Source: an uncultured Actinomycetes bacterium (GTDB lineage: Bacteria > Actinomycetota > UBA4738 > HRBIN12). From it: 64,000 nucleotides of DNA. Position numbers and translations under genes: made by a program. Shown one piece after another: positions 8,854-19,589 of this stretch; position 1 is the first letter of the stretch; each line of letters opens with the position of its first letter. The notes below the pieces were generated by a model. The model was given only the letters and a program-made list of their open reading frames with translations, was not told the DNA's origin and made no database searches. The DNA lies in contig OY969934.1 in assembly GCA_963704725.1 (NCBI GenBank), positions 1,952,001 through 2,016,000 on the forward strand. The letters run 5' to 3'.

Positions 8854-10050
8854 GTGAAGGTCAGGCTCCGGAACCCCGACCGGGAGGTCGAGGTCGCGGG
8901 GGAGCGCAAGGTCCACGCCATCCTCGGCGAGCTCGGCATCAACCCCGACACCGTGCTCGTGATCCGCGAGCGCGAGCTCCTCACGCGGGAGGACCGGGTG
9001 GCCGAGGCCGACGAGCTCGAGATCCGCCCGGTCATCAGCGGGGGATCGGGGCCGGTCAACCGGATGAAGTGCCGGCGCTGCAAGGCGCCCGCCGTGGTCG
9101 AGGTCCGCCGCCACAACGCCGCGTTCTGCCGGGACTGCTTCCTGCTCCACGTGCGGACGCAGGTCGAACGCGCGATCGAGCACTACGAGATGCTCGGCAC
9201 GGACGATCGCGTGCTGGTGGCCGTCTCCGGCGGGAAGGACTCGCTGGCGCTGTGGGACGTGCTCCTCGAGCTCGGGTACCGGGCCGACGGCCTGTACCTC
9301 GGGCTCGGCATCGGGGAGTACTCGGGCCGCTCGGGCGCGATCGCTCGCGCGTTCGCCGCCGAGCGGGGCGCGTCGCTGCTCGAGGTCGACCTGGCGGGCG
9401 AGTACGGCTTCGACGTGCCGACGGCCGGGCGGAAGGGGTCCCGCTCGACGTGCGCGGTGTGCGGCCTCTCCAAGCGGTACGTGTTCAACAAGGCGGCCCG
9501 GGACCACGGGTACGACGTGATCGCCACCGGCCACAACCTGGACGACGAGGCGGCCACGCTGCTCGGGAACACGCTCCGCTGGCAGACCGACTACATCGCG
9601 CGCCAGTTCCCGGTGCTCCCGGCCGAGGAGGGCCTCGCCCGGAAGGTCAAGCCGCTGTACCGCCTGTCCGAGCTCGAGACGGCCGCGTACGCGTTCCTGC
9701 GGGGCATCGACTACGTCGTGGAGGAGTGCCCGCTCGTGGCCGGGAACACGCAGCTCCGGTACAAGGAGGCCCTGAATCAGCTCGAGGCCACGTCTCCCGG
9801 GACGAAGGCCCAGTTCTTCCTCAGCTACCTCGAGCGCGGGGCCCCGCTGTTCGCCGCCCAGGACGACGCCGAGCTCCGGCCGTGCGAGCGGTGCGCCCAG
9901 CCCACCACGGGACGGTTCTGCGCGTTCTGCCGAGCCCGAGCCCAGGTCCTGGGCGAGACGCTCGGGGATCCGCCCGAGGATCGCGAGGTCGTGAACGGCC
10001 TGTCGAACGAGGTCATGCCGGCGGAGCTGTACGGGGCGGCGCGCACGTGA
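8854..10050 (+). CDS. ttuA: ThiS/TtuB-like sulfur carrier fused in frame to TtuA-type tRNA 2-thiolase
   Basis: N-terminal ~64 aa ending ISGG, then MKCRRC..FC..C Zn finger, SGGKDS PP-loop, CAVC, TGHNLDDE, C-terminal CxxC..CxxC. Confidence 0.85.
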   Translation: MKVRLRNPDREVEVAGERKVHAILGELGINPDTVLVIRERELLTREDRVAEADELEIRPVISGGSGPVNRMKCRRCKAPAVVEVRRHNAAFCRDCFLLHVRTQVERAIEHYEMLGTDDRVLVAVSGGKDSLALWDVLLELGYRADGLYLGLGIGEYSGRSGAIARAFAAERGASLLEVDLAGEYGFDVPTAGRKGSRSTCAVCGLSKRYVFNKAARDHGYDVIATGHNLDDEAATLLGNTLRWQTDYIARQFPVLPAEEGLARKVKPLYRLSELETAAYAFLRGIDYVVEECPLVAGNTQLRYKEALNQLEATSPGTKAQFFLSYLERGAPLFAAQDDAELRPCERCAQPTTGRFCAFCRARAQVLGETLGDPPEDREVVNGLSNEVMPAELYGAART

Positions 10051-10856
10051 GCGCCCCGTTCGAGGCCGGGGAGCGGGTGCTCCTCGTCGACCAGCGGAAC
10101 CGGCGATACCTCGTGAAGCTGGCGCCGGGACAGACGTGGCACTCCCACGGCGGCGGCGTGCCCCACGACCTGCTGATCGGATCGCCCGAGGGGATCGTCG
10201 TGCACTCGGCGACGGGGATGGGGTTCCGGGCCTTCCGGCCGCGCATGGCCGACTTCGTGCTGAAGATGCCGCGCGGGGCCCAGGTCGTCTATCCCAAGGA
10301 CGTCGGGGCGATCCTGGTCGAGACCGACGTCTTCCCCGGGGCCCGCGTGCTCGAGGCCGGGACGGGCTCGGGCGCGCTGACGATGGCCCTGTGCCGCGCT
10401 ACCGGGCCCGACGGGCGGGTGGTCTCCTACGAGCTCCGCCCGGAGTTCCAGGCCACGGCGGCCGCGAACGTGGAGACGTTCCTCGGCAAGCTCCCGCCCT
10501 GGCTCGAGCTCCGCGAGGGGGACGTGCGCCAGGTCGCCGGCACCGGCGAGCGCTACGACCGCGTGCTGCTCGATCTCCCGGAGCCCTGGGGCGTCCTGGA
10601 GGCCGTGGACGCCGTCCTGGACCCGGGCGGCATCGTGTGCGGCTACCTCCCGACGACCGTCCAGGTCCAGCAGCTCGTGCTGGCGCTGGAAGCCGACGGG
10701 TACGAGCACCTGGAGACGTTCGAGGTCCTGCACCGCTCGTGGCACGTCACCGACCGGAGCGTCCGCCCCGACCATCGGATGGTGGCCCACACCGGGTTCG
10801 TCACCGTGGCCCGTCGGCTGGCGGCGGTGCCGGGGGACCCCTCGTTCGGATCGTAG
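10047..10856 (+). CDS. trmI: tRNA (adenine58-N1)-methyltransferase
   Basis: MPRGAQVVYPKD, EAGTGSGALT, LDLPEPW, HTGF; canonical position upstream of arc. Confidence 0.93.
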   Translation: MSAPFEAGERVLLVDQRNRRYLVKLAPGQTWHSHGGGVPHDLLIGSPEGIVVHSATGMGFRAFRPRMADFVLKMPRGAQVVYPKDVGAILVETDVFPGARVLEAGTGSGALTMALCRATGPDGRVVSYELRPEFQATAAANVETFLGKLPPWLELREGDVRQVAGTGERYDRVLLDLPEPWGVLEAVDAVLDPGGIVCGYLPTTVQVQQLVLALEADGYEHLETFEVLHRSWHVTDRSVRPDHRMVAHTGFVTVARRLAAVPGDPSFGS

Positions 10857-10968
10857 GTGAACCCCAGGCGGGTGCCGGCACCGTATCCCGTTGCGTAGGC
10901 CCTACCCCGCCCCGCGGGCCCGTTCGGCGGACGGGGGTAGACTTCGGCCTCTCGGGAGGTGAAGGGAC

Positions 10969-12720
10969 ATGGCCGAACCCGACCCACGCGAGCAGCAGGA
11001 GCGCGCGGAGAAGCAGATCCACGAGCTGCAGACGCAGGTCCGGTTCCTCGAGGACGAGATCGCGCTGCTGCGCCGGCGCCTGACCAACGCGCCGCGCCAG
11101 GTCAAGATCCTCGAGGACAAGCTGATCGAGGCCAAATCCGACCTGTCCCGGGCGCTCGTGCAGAACGAGAAGCTCGCCTCTACGCTCACGTCCGAGAAGG
11201 AGCGCATCGAGGGTCTGCGCGAGGAGGTCGAGAAGCTCAGTCGCCCGCCCGCGTCGTTCGGGGTCTACCTCACCGCGAACGAGGACGATTCGGTCGACGT
11301 GTTCACGGCCGGCCGCAAGATGCGCGTCAACGTGTCGCCCGAGCTCGACCGCTCGAGCCTGCGCCGCGGCGTCGAGGTGATCCTCAACGAGGCCCTGAAC
11401 GTCGTCGAGGTTCTCGATCCGGACCGGGCCGGCGAGGTCATGAAGGTGAAGGACCGGCTCGGCGAGGACCGGGTGATCGTGTTCGGCCACGGCGACGAGG
11501 AGCTCGTGGCCACGCTGTCGGCCGGGCTGCACGACGTGCAGATCCGCGCCGGCGACCCGCTCCTGGTCGATCCGCGATCCAACGTCGCCCTGGAGAAGCT
11601 GCCGAAGGAGGAGGTCGAGGAGCTCGTCCTGGAGGAGATCCCGGACGTGTCCTACGAGGACATCGGCGGGCTCGAGGGACAGATCGAGGCCATCCGCGAC
11701 GCCGTCGAGCTCCCGTTCCTGTACGCCGAGCTGTTCCACGAGCACCAGCTCGAGCCCCCCAAGGGCGTCCTGCTGTACGGGCCGCCGGGGTGCGGCAAGA
11801 CGCTGATCGCCAAGGCCGTGGCCCGCTCCCTGGCCGACAAGGTGAAGGAGCGGACGGGCCGGGCGGACGCGCACTCCTACTTCCTCAACATCAAGGGCCC
11901 GGAGCTGCTGAACAAGTACGTCGGCGAGACCGAGCGCCAGATCCGCCAGATCTTCCAGCGGGCCAAGGAGCGCAGCGAGGAGGGACTGCCGGTCATCGTC
12001 TTCTTCGACGAGATGGACTCGATCTTCCGCACCCGGGGCACGGGGATCTCGAGCGACGTCGAGTCGACGATCGTGCCCCAGCTCCTGTCGGAGCTGGACG
12101 GCGTGGAGACCCTGAAGAACGTCATCGTCATCGGGGCGTCCAACCGCGAGGACCTCATCGACCCGGCGATCCTGCGGCCGGGCCGGCTCGACGTGAAGAT
12201 CAAGATCGAGCGCCCCAGCGCCGAGCAGGCCGCCGACATCATGGCCAAGTACCTCAACCCAGGCGTCCCGATCCACCCGGAGGAGCTCGGCAAGAGCGGC
12301 GGCGAGATCCGGGTCTCCACCGCACGGATGATCCAGCAGACCGTCGACCGCATGTACGCGGAGAACGACGAGAACCGGTTCCTGGAGGTCACGTACGCGA
12401 GCGGCGACAAGGAGGTCCTGTACTTCAAGGACTTCAACTCGGGCGCGATGATCGAGAACATCGTCCGGCGCGCGAAGAAGGAGGCCATCAAGCGCTTCCT
12501 GTCGACGGGGGAGAAGGGCATCAAGTCCGAGGACCTCGTGCACGCGATCCGAGACGAGTTCAAGGAGAACGAGGACCTGCCGAACACCACGAACCCCGAC
12601 GACTGGGCCCGCATCTCGGGCAAGAAGGGCGAGCGGATCGTGTACGTCCGCACGCTCCTCGGCGACGGCGGGGACGAGGGACGGCAGGTCGAGCGGGTCA
12701 GCGCCGGGCAGTACCTGTAG
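10969..12720 (+). CDS. arc: Proteasome ATPase ARC/Mpa
   Basis: N-terminal coiled coil, [24 protein letters not shown]-terminal GQYL. Confidence 0.98.
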   Translation: MAEPDPREQQERAEKQIHELQTQVRFLEDEIALLRRRLTNAPRQVKILEDKLIEAKSDLSRALVQNEKLASTLTSEKERIEGLREEVEKLSRPPASFGVYLTANEDDSVDVFTAGRKMRVNVSPELDRSSLRRGVEVILNEALNVVEVLDPDRAGEVMKVKDRLGEDRVIVFGHGDEELVATLSAGLHDVQIRAGDPLLVDPRSNVALEKLPKEEVEELVLEEIPDVSYEDIGGLEGQIEAIRDAVELPFLYAELFHEHQLEPPKGVLLYGPPGCGKTLIAKAVARSLADKVKERTGRADAHSYFLNIKGPELLNKYVGETERQIRQIFQRAKERSEEGLPVIVFFDEMDSIFRTRGTGISSDVESTIVPQLLSELDGVETLKNVIVIGASNREDLIDPAILRPGRLDVKIKIERPSAEQAADIMAKYLNPGVPIHPEELGKSGGEIRVSTARMIQQTVDRMYAENDENRFLEVTYASGDKEVLYFKDFNSGAMIENIVRRAKKEAIKRFLSTGEKGIKSEDLVHAIRDEFKENEDLPNTTNPDDWARISGKKGERIVYVRTLLGDGGDEGRQVERVSAGQYL

Positions 12721-12729
12721 GCTGCCGCG

Positions 12730-14214
12730 ATGGCCATCCCCAAGGTCATCGGGACCGAGACCGAGTACGGCATCGCGGCCGTCGGAGCCCCCGAGTTCAA
12801 CCCCGTCATCTCCTCCTCGCTGCTCATCAGCACGTACGCGGGCTCGCTCCGCCGCATCCGGTGGGACTACGAGCAGGAGTCCCCGCTGCGCGACGCGCGC
12901 GGCTACCAGCCGGTCCAGGTCCGCGAGGCGTCGGAGGAGGAGCTCGGCCTGGCCAACGTGATCCTGCCGAACGGCGCGCGCTACTACGTGGACCACGCGC
13001 ATCCGGAGTACTCGACGCCCGAGTGCGCCGGCCCTCGAGACCTCGTGATCCACGACAAGGCCGGCGAGCGGGTCATGGAGCGGTCCCTGCACGAGCTGGA
13101 GCGCGCCATGCCGGGCGGCCAGCGCATCGCCCTCTACAAGAACAACAGCGACGGCAAGGGCAACTCGTACGGCACCCACGAGAACTACCTCGTCGATCGC
13201 GCCGTTCCGTTCGCCGCCCTGGTGCGCGACCTCACGCCGTTCTTCGTGTCTCGTCAGATCTTCTGCGGCGCCGGCAAGCTCGGCGCGGAGGCGGCGTGGG
13301 ACGAACGCGGCCGGCACGGCTACCAGCTGACGCAGCGGGCCGACTTCTTCGAGGCCGAGGTGGGCCTCGAGACCACGCTGAAGCGGCCCATCATCAACAC
13401 CCGCGACGAGCCGCACGCGGATCCGGACAAGTACCGGCGCCTGCACGTGATCGTGGGCGACGCCAACCTGTGCGAGGTCGCGACGTTCCTCAAGGTCGGG
13501 ACCACCGCCATCGTCCTGAAGATGATCGAGGACGAGTTCCTCCCGGACCTCACGCTGGCCAACCCCGTGGCCTCCCTGCACGACGTGTCGCGGGACCTCA
13601 CGTGCCGGGCGGTCGTCCGGCTCTCGGACGGCCGGACGCCGTCGGCGATCCAGCTCCAGTGGGAGTACCTGGAGCGTGCCAAGAAGTACGTCGAGCAGGA
13701 GGACACCACGGCCGAGAACCGGGAGGTCGTCGAGCGCTGGGAGGCGATCCTCGCCGCCCTCGAGGACGACCCCCTGGCCCTGCACCGGGAGCTGGACTGG
13801 GTGGCGAAGTACCGGCTCCTGCAGGGATATCGGGAGCGCGACGGGCTCCAGTGGGGCGACCCCAAGCTCCGCCTCGTCGACCTGCAGTACCACGACGTCC
13901 GGCGCGACAAAGGCCTCTACCACCGGCTCGCCGCGACCGGCCAGGTGGAGCGTCTGGTGACCGACGAGGAGATCGAACGCGCCGTGATGGAGCCGCCCGA
14001 GGACACGCGGGCCTACTTCCGGGGCAAGTGCATCTCGAAGTACCCCGACGCGATCGCGGCGGCGTCGTGGGACTCGCTGATCTTCGACACCGGGCGCGAC
14101 GCCCTGCAGCGCGTGCCCATGCGCGAGCCGTTGCGGGGGACCAAGGCGCACGTCGAGGACCTCCTCGACCGGTCGCCCGATCCGGGCACGCTCGTCGACC
14201 TCCTCACCTCCTGA
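12730..14214 (+). CDS. dop: Pup deamidase/depupylase
   Basis: [40 protein letters not shown]. Confidence 0.96.
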   Translation: MAIPKVIGTETEYGIAAVGAPEFNPVISSSLLISTYAGSLRRIRWDYEQESPLRDARGYQPVQVREASEEELGLANVILPNGARYYVDHAHPEYSTPECAGPRDLVIHDKAGERVMERSLHELERAMPGGQRIALYKNNSDGKGNSYGTHENYLVDRAVPFAALVRDLTPFFVSRQIFCGAGKLGAEAAWDERGRHGYQLTQRADFFEAEVGLETTLKRPIINTRDEPHADPDKYRRLHVIVGDANLCEVATFLKVGTTAIVLKMIEDEFLPDLTLANPVASLHDVSRDLTCRAVVRLSDGRTPSAIQLQWEYLERAKKYVEQEDTTAENREVVERWEAILAALEDDPLALHRELDWVAKYRLLQGYRERDGLQWGDPKLRLVDLQYHDVRRDKGLYHRLAATGQVERLVTDEEIERAVMEPPEDTRAYFRGKCISKYPDAIAAASWDSLIFDTGRDALQRVPMREPLRGTKAHVEDLLDRSPDPGTLVDLLTS

Positions 14215-14275
14215 GGGTCCGCGGGGCGCCCGCGGCTAGAATGACGGGCCAGGCAACCGAGGGGAGTCTGCGGTC

Positions 14276-14479
14276 GTGTCTCAGGAGCAGGAACAGAAGC
14301 GGACCCAACGCCGCGGCGGTGGGGGCGAGGGCGGCGAGGACGCCGGCCAGGTCGAGCAGGCCTCCAAGGGCGAGAAGCTCAAGGAGGAGATGGACGAGAT
14401 CCTCGACGAGATCGACTCGGTGCTCGAGGAGAACGCCGAGGAGTTCGTCAAGAGCTACGTCCAGAAGGGCGGCGAATGA
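14276..14479 (+). CDS. pup: Prokaryotic ubiquitin-like protein Pup (GGE form)
   Basis: [28 protein letters not shown]; TAGAAT -10 at 14237-14242. Confidence 0.98.
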   Translation: MSQEQEQKRTQRRGGGGEGGEDAGQVEQASKGEKLKEEMDEILDEIDSVLEENAEEFVKSYVQKGGE

Positions 14480-15279
14480 GGGACGAGTCCCTCTCGCCGC
14501 TCTCGGCTCGGGGCCCGATCGGCGCGAATCCGAGCTTCTTCGACCTGGTGGCGAGCACCCGACCGGAGGTCCTCCCACACCCCGGGGTCACGGCCGAGGA
14601 GCTGCGCGCCCTCCCGCACGGCACGACCGTGCTCGGCCTGAAGTTCGCCGGGGGCGTCGTGTTCGCCGGCGACCGGCGCGCCACCGAGGGGTACGCGATC
14701 GCCGACGACAAGATGGACAAGGTCTTCGCGGCCGACGACTACTCGGCCATCGCCATCGCGGGAGTGGCCGGGCAGGCCATCGAGATCGTGCACCTGTTCC
14801 AGCTCGAGCTGGAGCACTACGAGAAGATCACCGGCGACCGGCTCTCGCTCGAGGGCAAGGCCAACCGCCTGGGCCAGATGATCCGCGGCAACTTCCCCCT
14901 GGCGGTCCAGGGGCTCGTCGTCGTCCCGCTGTTCGGGGGGTTCGACGAGCGCCGGAACGAGGGCCGCATCTTCTACTACGACGCCACCGGCGGCCGGTGG
15001 GAGGAGGAGGACTTCCACGCGACCGGGTCGGGCGGGCGCCCCGCCAAGAGCTCGTTGAAGAAGCGGTGGCGGCCGGGGCTGGACCGGACCGAGGGGATCC
15101 GCGTCGCGGTCGAGGCGCTCGTGGACGCATCGCAGGAGGACGTGGCCACCGGGGGCCCGGATCCCGCGCGGGGCATCTACCCTACGGTGGTCGTCGTGAC
15201 CTCTGCCGGCGCCGAGACGGTCGGGGCGGACGAGATCCGGGCGGCGTACGAGGCCATCGTGGAACGGGACGCCTCGTGA
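14476..15279 (+). CDS. prcB: 20S proteasome beta subunit
   Basis: Propeptide then HG-TT catalytic Thr, [20 protein letters not shown]. Confidence 0.97.
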   Translation: MRDESLSPLSARGPIGANPSFFDLVASTRPEVLPHPGVTAEELRALPHGTTVLGLKFAGGVVFAGDRRATEGYAIADDKMDKVFAADDYSAIAIAGVAGQAIEIVHLFQLELEHYEKITGDRLSLEGKANRLGQMIRGNFPLAVQGLVVVPLFGGFDERRNEGRIFYYDATGGRWEEEDFHATGSGGRPAKSSLKKRWRPGLDRTEGIRVAVEALVDASQEDVATGGPDPARGIYPTVVVVTSAGAETVGADEIRAAYEAIVERDAS

Positions 15280-15962
15280 GCTTCATGCCGTACGTGCCGC
15301 CCGAGCAGCGGATGAAGGACCTCTCCGAGTTCGCCCGCAAGGGCATCTCCCGAGGCAAGTCGGTCGTCGGCCTCGAGTTCGCCGACGGCATCCTGTTCCT
15401 GGCCGAGAACCCCAGCGCGACGCTGCACAAGATCAGCGAGATCTACGACCGGATCCTGTTCGCGGGCGTCGGCAAGTACAGCGAGTTCGAGGACCTGCGG
15501 ATCAGCGGCGTCCGCCTGGCCGACCTCCGCGGGTACTCGTACGGCCGAGAGGACGTTCGCGCCCGGGATCTGGCGAACGCCTATTCGCAGGCGCTCACGA
15601 CGATCTTCAACACGCAGATGAAGCCCTACGAGGTGGAGATCCTGGTGGCCGAGATCGCCGACGACGGCGGCCACAACGAGATCTACCACATCTTGTTCGA
15701 CGGGACCGTGACCGACGAGCACGACCACGTCGCGATCGGCGGTCACGCCGAGGAGCTCTCGACCGCTATCGGCGGCGCCTACCAGCCGGGGTGGGACCTG
15801 GCCACCGCCGTCCGCGAGTCGGTCAAGGCGCTCGCGTCCGCCGAGAGCCGAGACATCCAACCCGGCTCCGTCGAGGCCGGGGTGATCGACCGGACCCGGT
15901 CCTCGCGGCGCAAGTTCCGGCGCCTGGCGGACGACGAGGTCTCGGGGATCCTCGCCGGCTGA
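15276..15962 (+). CDS. prcA: 20S proteasome alpha subunit
   Basis: PEQRMKD..FARKGISRGKS, LHKISEIYDRI, KPYEVE; GTGA overlap with prcB. Confidence 0.96.
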   Translation: MSFMPYVPPEQRMKDLSEFARKGISRGKSVVGLEFADGILFLAENPSATLHKISEIYDRILFAGVGKYSEFEDLRISGVRLADLRGYSYGREDVRARDLANAYSQALTTIFNTQMKPYEVEILVAEIADDGGHNEIYHILFDGTVTDEHDHVAIGGHAEELSTAIGGAYQPGWDLATAVRESVKALASAESRDIQPGSVEAGVIDRTRSSRRKFRRLADDEVSGILAG

Positions 15963-15963
15963 C

Positions 15964-15989
15964 GGAACCACCTCGGCGTGCGCGCCGTC
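15964..15989 (+). promoter_or_regulatory. ECF sigma-type promoter GGAAC-N17-CGTC
   Basis: GGAAC 15964-15968, CGTC 15986-15989, upstream of lipoprotein gene with AAGGAGG SD. Confidence 0.45.
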
Positions 15990-16020
15990 CTCTTCCGAAG
16001 CGCGTCAAGGAGGTTCGCCG

Positions 16021-17061
16021 TTGGTGCGAATGATTCGTATCGCCCTTGTGCTGGTGCTGACCGCATGTGTCGGCAGCGGAGAGAGGCGGTCGACGCCCAC
16101 CCCAACCGCTGCCTCTACGACGCCCACCCCCGTGGCGACCAAAGAGGCCCTCGCCCCGTCCGAGCTGACCGCAACGACCGGCCCGGGCTCTCGAGGCTGG
16201 CGGAGCGTGCTCGCGGTCCCGTTCGGCTCGGGGAGGGCGGAGCTCGCCGCCCCGCACGGCCGAACTGGATCCGGGCCGATCGCGTTCGCGATCGATTGCG
16301 GCTCGGTGCCGCTGATCTGGCTCGCCGACGACGCAAGGCGCCGGTTGGTCGAGTTCGCTGCTCGGCCCGATGGAAGCCTTCTGCAGGTAGTGCACCTGCC
16401 GGGCCGGGTCGAGATCCACGATCTCGCGCTCACGACGTGCGGCCAGCTCTACGGATTGGTGAAACCCTCCGACGGTCTGATCGCCGCGATCGGGCCGGGC
16501 GGCGTCTCAGCGCCGATCCGGCTGTCCGACGGCCGCATCAGGCTCGCCGCCTCCCGACTGTTCGCAGGACCGGCGATCGGGCTCCACGCACTCGCACGTG
16601 GTGCCGTGGCGCGACACCGCGACGGATACCGGGGGTACGGGATCGTCGATCCCGGCTCGGGGGCCCTTACCCCGAGCGCCGGGCTCCCGTTCGGGACGGG
16701 GACGTCGATCACCCTGCGCCGTGAAGGCGACCGGCGGTTCGTGGTGACCTGGTTCGATCGCGCGAACCCGTTCGCGACGCGAGAGCTGACGATCCGGCCG
16801 CAGTCACCGGACGGTTCGAGGATCCAGGGCGTGGTCACGGTGCGTCTCGAGTCGGTCTCGCCGTCGGATCGGATCGCGGCTCTTGTGCGGCTTCGGAACG
16901 CCCGCGACCCCGCCTGGTTGCTGGAGATCCCCGCGGATCCGGCCGCCCGGCTCCGACTGCGGCCGCTGCCGCCCGGGAGCCGGCGGCTCCTCTTCGGATC
17001 GGACGCGCACCTCTACCTCCTGGTCACCACGCGGACCGGGGTCGTGATCCTCAGCCGCTAG
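16021..17061 (+). CDS. Hypothetical lipoprotein
   Basis: AAGGAGG SD, signal peptide with LTAC lipobox, Thr/Pro linker; fills prcA-pafA gap. Confidence 0.65.
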   Translation: MVRMIRIALVLVLTACVGSGERRSTPTPTAASTTPTPVATKEALAPSELTATTGPGSRGWRSVLAVPFGSGRAELAAPHGRTGSGPIAFAIDCGSVPLIWLADDARRRLVEFAARPDGSLLQVVHLPGRVEIHDLALTTCGQLYGLVKPSDGLIAAIGPGGVSAPIRLSDGRIRLAASRLFAGPAIGLHALARGAVARHRDGYRGYGIVDPGSGALTPSAGLPFGTGTSITLRREGDRRFVVTWFDRANPFATRELTIRPQSPDGSRIQGVVTVRLESVSPSDRIAALVRLRNARDPAWLLEIPADPAARLRLRPLPPGSRRLLFGSDAHLYLLVTTRTGVVILSR

Positions 17062-17090
17062 AACGCGGGCCTCGGCCTACACTCATCCTC

Positions 17091-18449
17091 GTGGACCGGC
17101 GGATCTTCGGGCTTGAGAACGAGTACGGCGTCACCTGCACGTTCCGGGGCCAGCGCCGGCTGTCGCCGGACGAGGTGGCGCGATACCTCTTCCGTCGGGT
17201 CGTGCACTGGGGACGATCCTCGAACGTGTTCCTGGAGAACGGTGCCCGGCTGTACCTGGACGTGGGTTCCCACCCCGAGTACGCCACGCCGGAGTGCGAC
17301 GCGATCCCGGACCTGGTGGCGCACGACAAGGCCGGGGAGCGGATCCTGGAGGCGTTGCTGTCGGCCGCCGAGGTCCGACTGCACGAGGAGGGCATCAGCG
17401 GCCAGGTCTACCTGTTCAAGAACAACACGGACTCGGCCGGCAACTCGTACGGCTGCCACGAGAACTACCTCGTGGCGCGCCAGGGCGAGTTCGCCCGCAT
17501 GGCCGACCTGCTGATCCCGTTCTTCGTGACGCGGCAGATCTACTGCGGGGCGGGCAAGGTGCTCCACGGACCGCGCGGAGCGCAGTTCTGCATCGCCCAG
17601 CGCGCCGAGCACATCTGGGAGGGCGTCTCGAGCGCGACGACGCGGTCGCGGCCGATCATCAACACCCGGGACGAGCCGCACGCCGACGCCGAGCGGTTCC
17701 GCCGCCTGCACGTGATCGTGGGCGACTCGAACATGAACGAGTGGACCACGTTCATGAAGGTGGGGATCACGGACCTCGTGCTGCGGATGGTCGAGGCCAA
17801 CACCGTGATGCGCGATCTCACGCTCGAGAACCCCATCCGGGCCATCCGGGAGATCAGCCACGACGTCCAGTGCCGCAAGAAGGTGCGCCTGGCCAACGGG
17901 CGCGAGCTCTCGGCGATCGAGATCCAGGAGGAGTACTTCGAGCGCACGGCCCGGTTCCTGGAACGGCGGGGGACCGAGCCGCAGTCCAAGCAGCTCCTCG
18001 AGGAGTGGCGTGACGCGCTCGACGCGCTCGCGGCGGGGGAGCCGGAGCGCCTGATGCGCAAGGTCGACTGGGTCGCCAAGCAGGCCATCATCGACCGCTA
18101 CCGGATCAAGCACCAGCTCCCGCTGTCGCATCCGAAGATCGCGCTGCTGGACCTGGCGTACCACGACGTGAACCGCACCCGCGGCCTGTACTACCTGCTC
18201 GAGCGGAGCGACCGGGTGGAGCGGGCAGCGAACGACCGCGACATCCAGCGGGCGATGCGCGAGCCGCCGCAGACGACCCGAGCCAAGCTGCGCGGCGACT
18301 TCATCAAGCACGCCAAGCAGAAGCGGCGCGACTACACCGTGGACTGGGTGCACCTCAAGCTGAACGACCAGGCCCAGCGCACCGTGCTCTGCAAGGACCC
18401 GTTCCGCTCGGTCGACGAGCGTGTGGAACAGCTCATCGCCCACATGTGA
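17091..18449 (+). CDS. pafA: Pup--protein ligase
   Basis: [40 protein letters not shown]; TACACT -10 seven nt upstream. Confidence 0.98.
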   Translation: MDRRIFGLENEYGVTCTFRGQRRLSPDEVARYLFRRVVHWGRSSNVFLENGARLYLDVGSHPEYATPECDAIPDLVAHDKAGERILEALLSAAEVRLHEEGISGQVYLFKNNTDSAGNSYGCHENYLVARQGEFARMADLLIPFFVTRQIYCGAGKVLHGPRGAQFCIAQRAEHIWEGVSSATTRSRPIINTRDEPHADAERFRRLHVIVGDSNMNEWTTFMKVGITDLVLRMVEANTVMRDLTLENPIRAIREISHDVQCRKKVRLANGRELSAIEIQEEYFERTARFLERRGTEPQSKQLLEEWRDALDALAAGEPERLMRKVDWVAKQAIIDRYRIKHQLPLSHPKIALLDLAYHDVNRTRGLYYLLERSDRVERAANDRDIQRAMREPPQTTRAKLRGDFIKHAKQKRRDYTVDWVHLKLNDQAQRTVLCKDPFRSVDERVEQLIAHM

Positions 18450-18453
18450 GGCG

Positions 18454-19566
18454 CTACGCGTGCGCGCGCCGCCAGGCGCGCGACCCCTCGGCCATGCGAG
18501 CCGCGAGCACGCCGGCGGCCCCGGCCGCCAGGAAGAACGCGCGGTCCTCGGCCGCCGTCCGGCCCATGGACTCGACGCCGAGCCCGAGCCGGTCGAGCTC
18601 GGCGAGCGCGGGCCGGCCGTCCACTTCGACGAGCTGGTGCCGTTCCTCCAGCTTCCGGGAGCGGAGCGCCTCCCACACGGCAGCTCGCTGTTCCGGGTCT
18701 TCGAGCACGGGCACGGCCACGTTCGCCCCTGCGGTGCAGACCTTCTCGAGGATCGTCAGCGAGTGGTGAGAGACGCCGCGATGGCGTTCTCGGGGATCGG
18801 CGAAGGAGACCCGCAGCGCGGCGACGGGCCGGCCCCCGAGCGCCTCGGCGGCGTTCAACGCCTGGCCGCTGCCGAGCGCGCTCACGCCCCACGTGGTCTG
18901 CGTGCCGAGGTTCCCGGGTCCGTCGGCCACGACCACGACATCGGCCTTCAGGATCTCGACGGCGGCGAGGAGGCCGCTCCAGACCGTCACCGCCTCCAGC
19001 TCCCCGCCGAAGGCTTGCCCACAGGTCACCCAGCCGTCGAGGAGCCCGGCCTCGCGCAGCGCCGGGACGAGGCGGGAGAAGGCGCCCGGCAGCGCTGCGC
19101 CGTCGGTCATGACGTAGACGACGCGCCCGCCCTGCGCCGCCTTGGCCCCGGCGGCCGCGATGGCCATGATCGAGTGCAGGGGCGCGCACACCACCGGGGT
19201 GCCGGCCAGGCCTGCAGAGCGCTCCAGGACCTCGTGATGTGTCTCCTCGACGGAGGGCACGGCGACCTGCAGCGGCGTGTACCGGGCCTTCATGACGCGA
19301 CCCTGCCCGGCCAGCTCGGTCGGCGCGGCACCCTCGACCGCGACGACGAGGTGGAACCCGCCGGTCCCCAGGCCGAGCGCGATCGCGGTGGCGTTCAGAA
19401 CGACGATGTCGCCTGCCCCGATCGGGCCGGTGAGACCCGGATAGGCGATGGCCGGGGCGCGTTCGCCGTCGATCTCCACCTCGAGCTCGAGGGCCCCGGG
19501 TCGCTCCCGTCCCAGCGCGACGACGGTGCCGCGGCGCAGGCGGACGCCACCCCGGTCGGCCGACAT
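18454..19566 (-). CDS. DUF3866 family protein
   Basis: LNATA..LGLGTGGFH, KARYTPLQ, YVMTDGAALP, GQAFGG, RHRGVSHHS. Confidence 0.85.
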   Translation of the reverse strand: MSADRGGVRLRRGTVVALGRERPGALELEVEIDGERAPAIAYPGLTGPIGAGDIVVLNATAIALGLGTGGFHLVVAVEGAAPTELAGQGRVMKARYTPLQVAVPSVEETHHEVLERSAGLAGTPVVCAPLHSIMAIAAAGAKAAQGGRVVYVMTDGAALPGAFSRLVPALREAGLLDGWVTCGQAFGGELEAVTVWSGLLAAVEILKADVVVVADGPGNLGTQTTWGVSALGSGQALNAAEALGGRPVAALRVSFADPRERHRGVSHHSLTILEKVCTAGANVAVPVLEDPEQRAAVWEALRSRKLEERHQLVEVDGRPALAELDRLGLGVESMGRTAAEDRAFFLAAGAAGVLAARMAEGSRAWRRAHA

Positions 19567-19589
19567 GCCGGAAGTATGATGCCGCGGCG

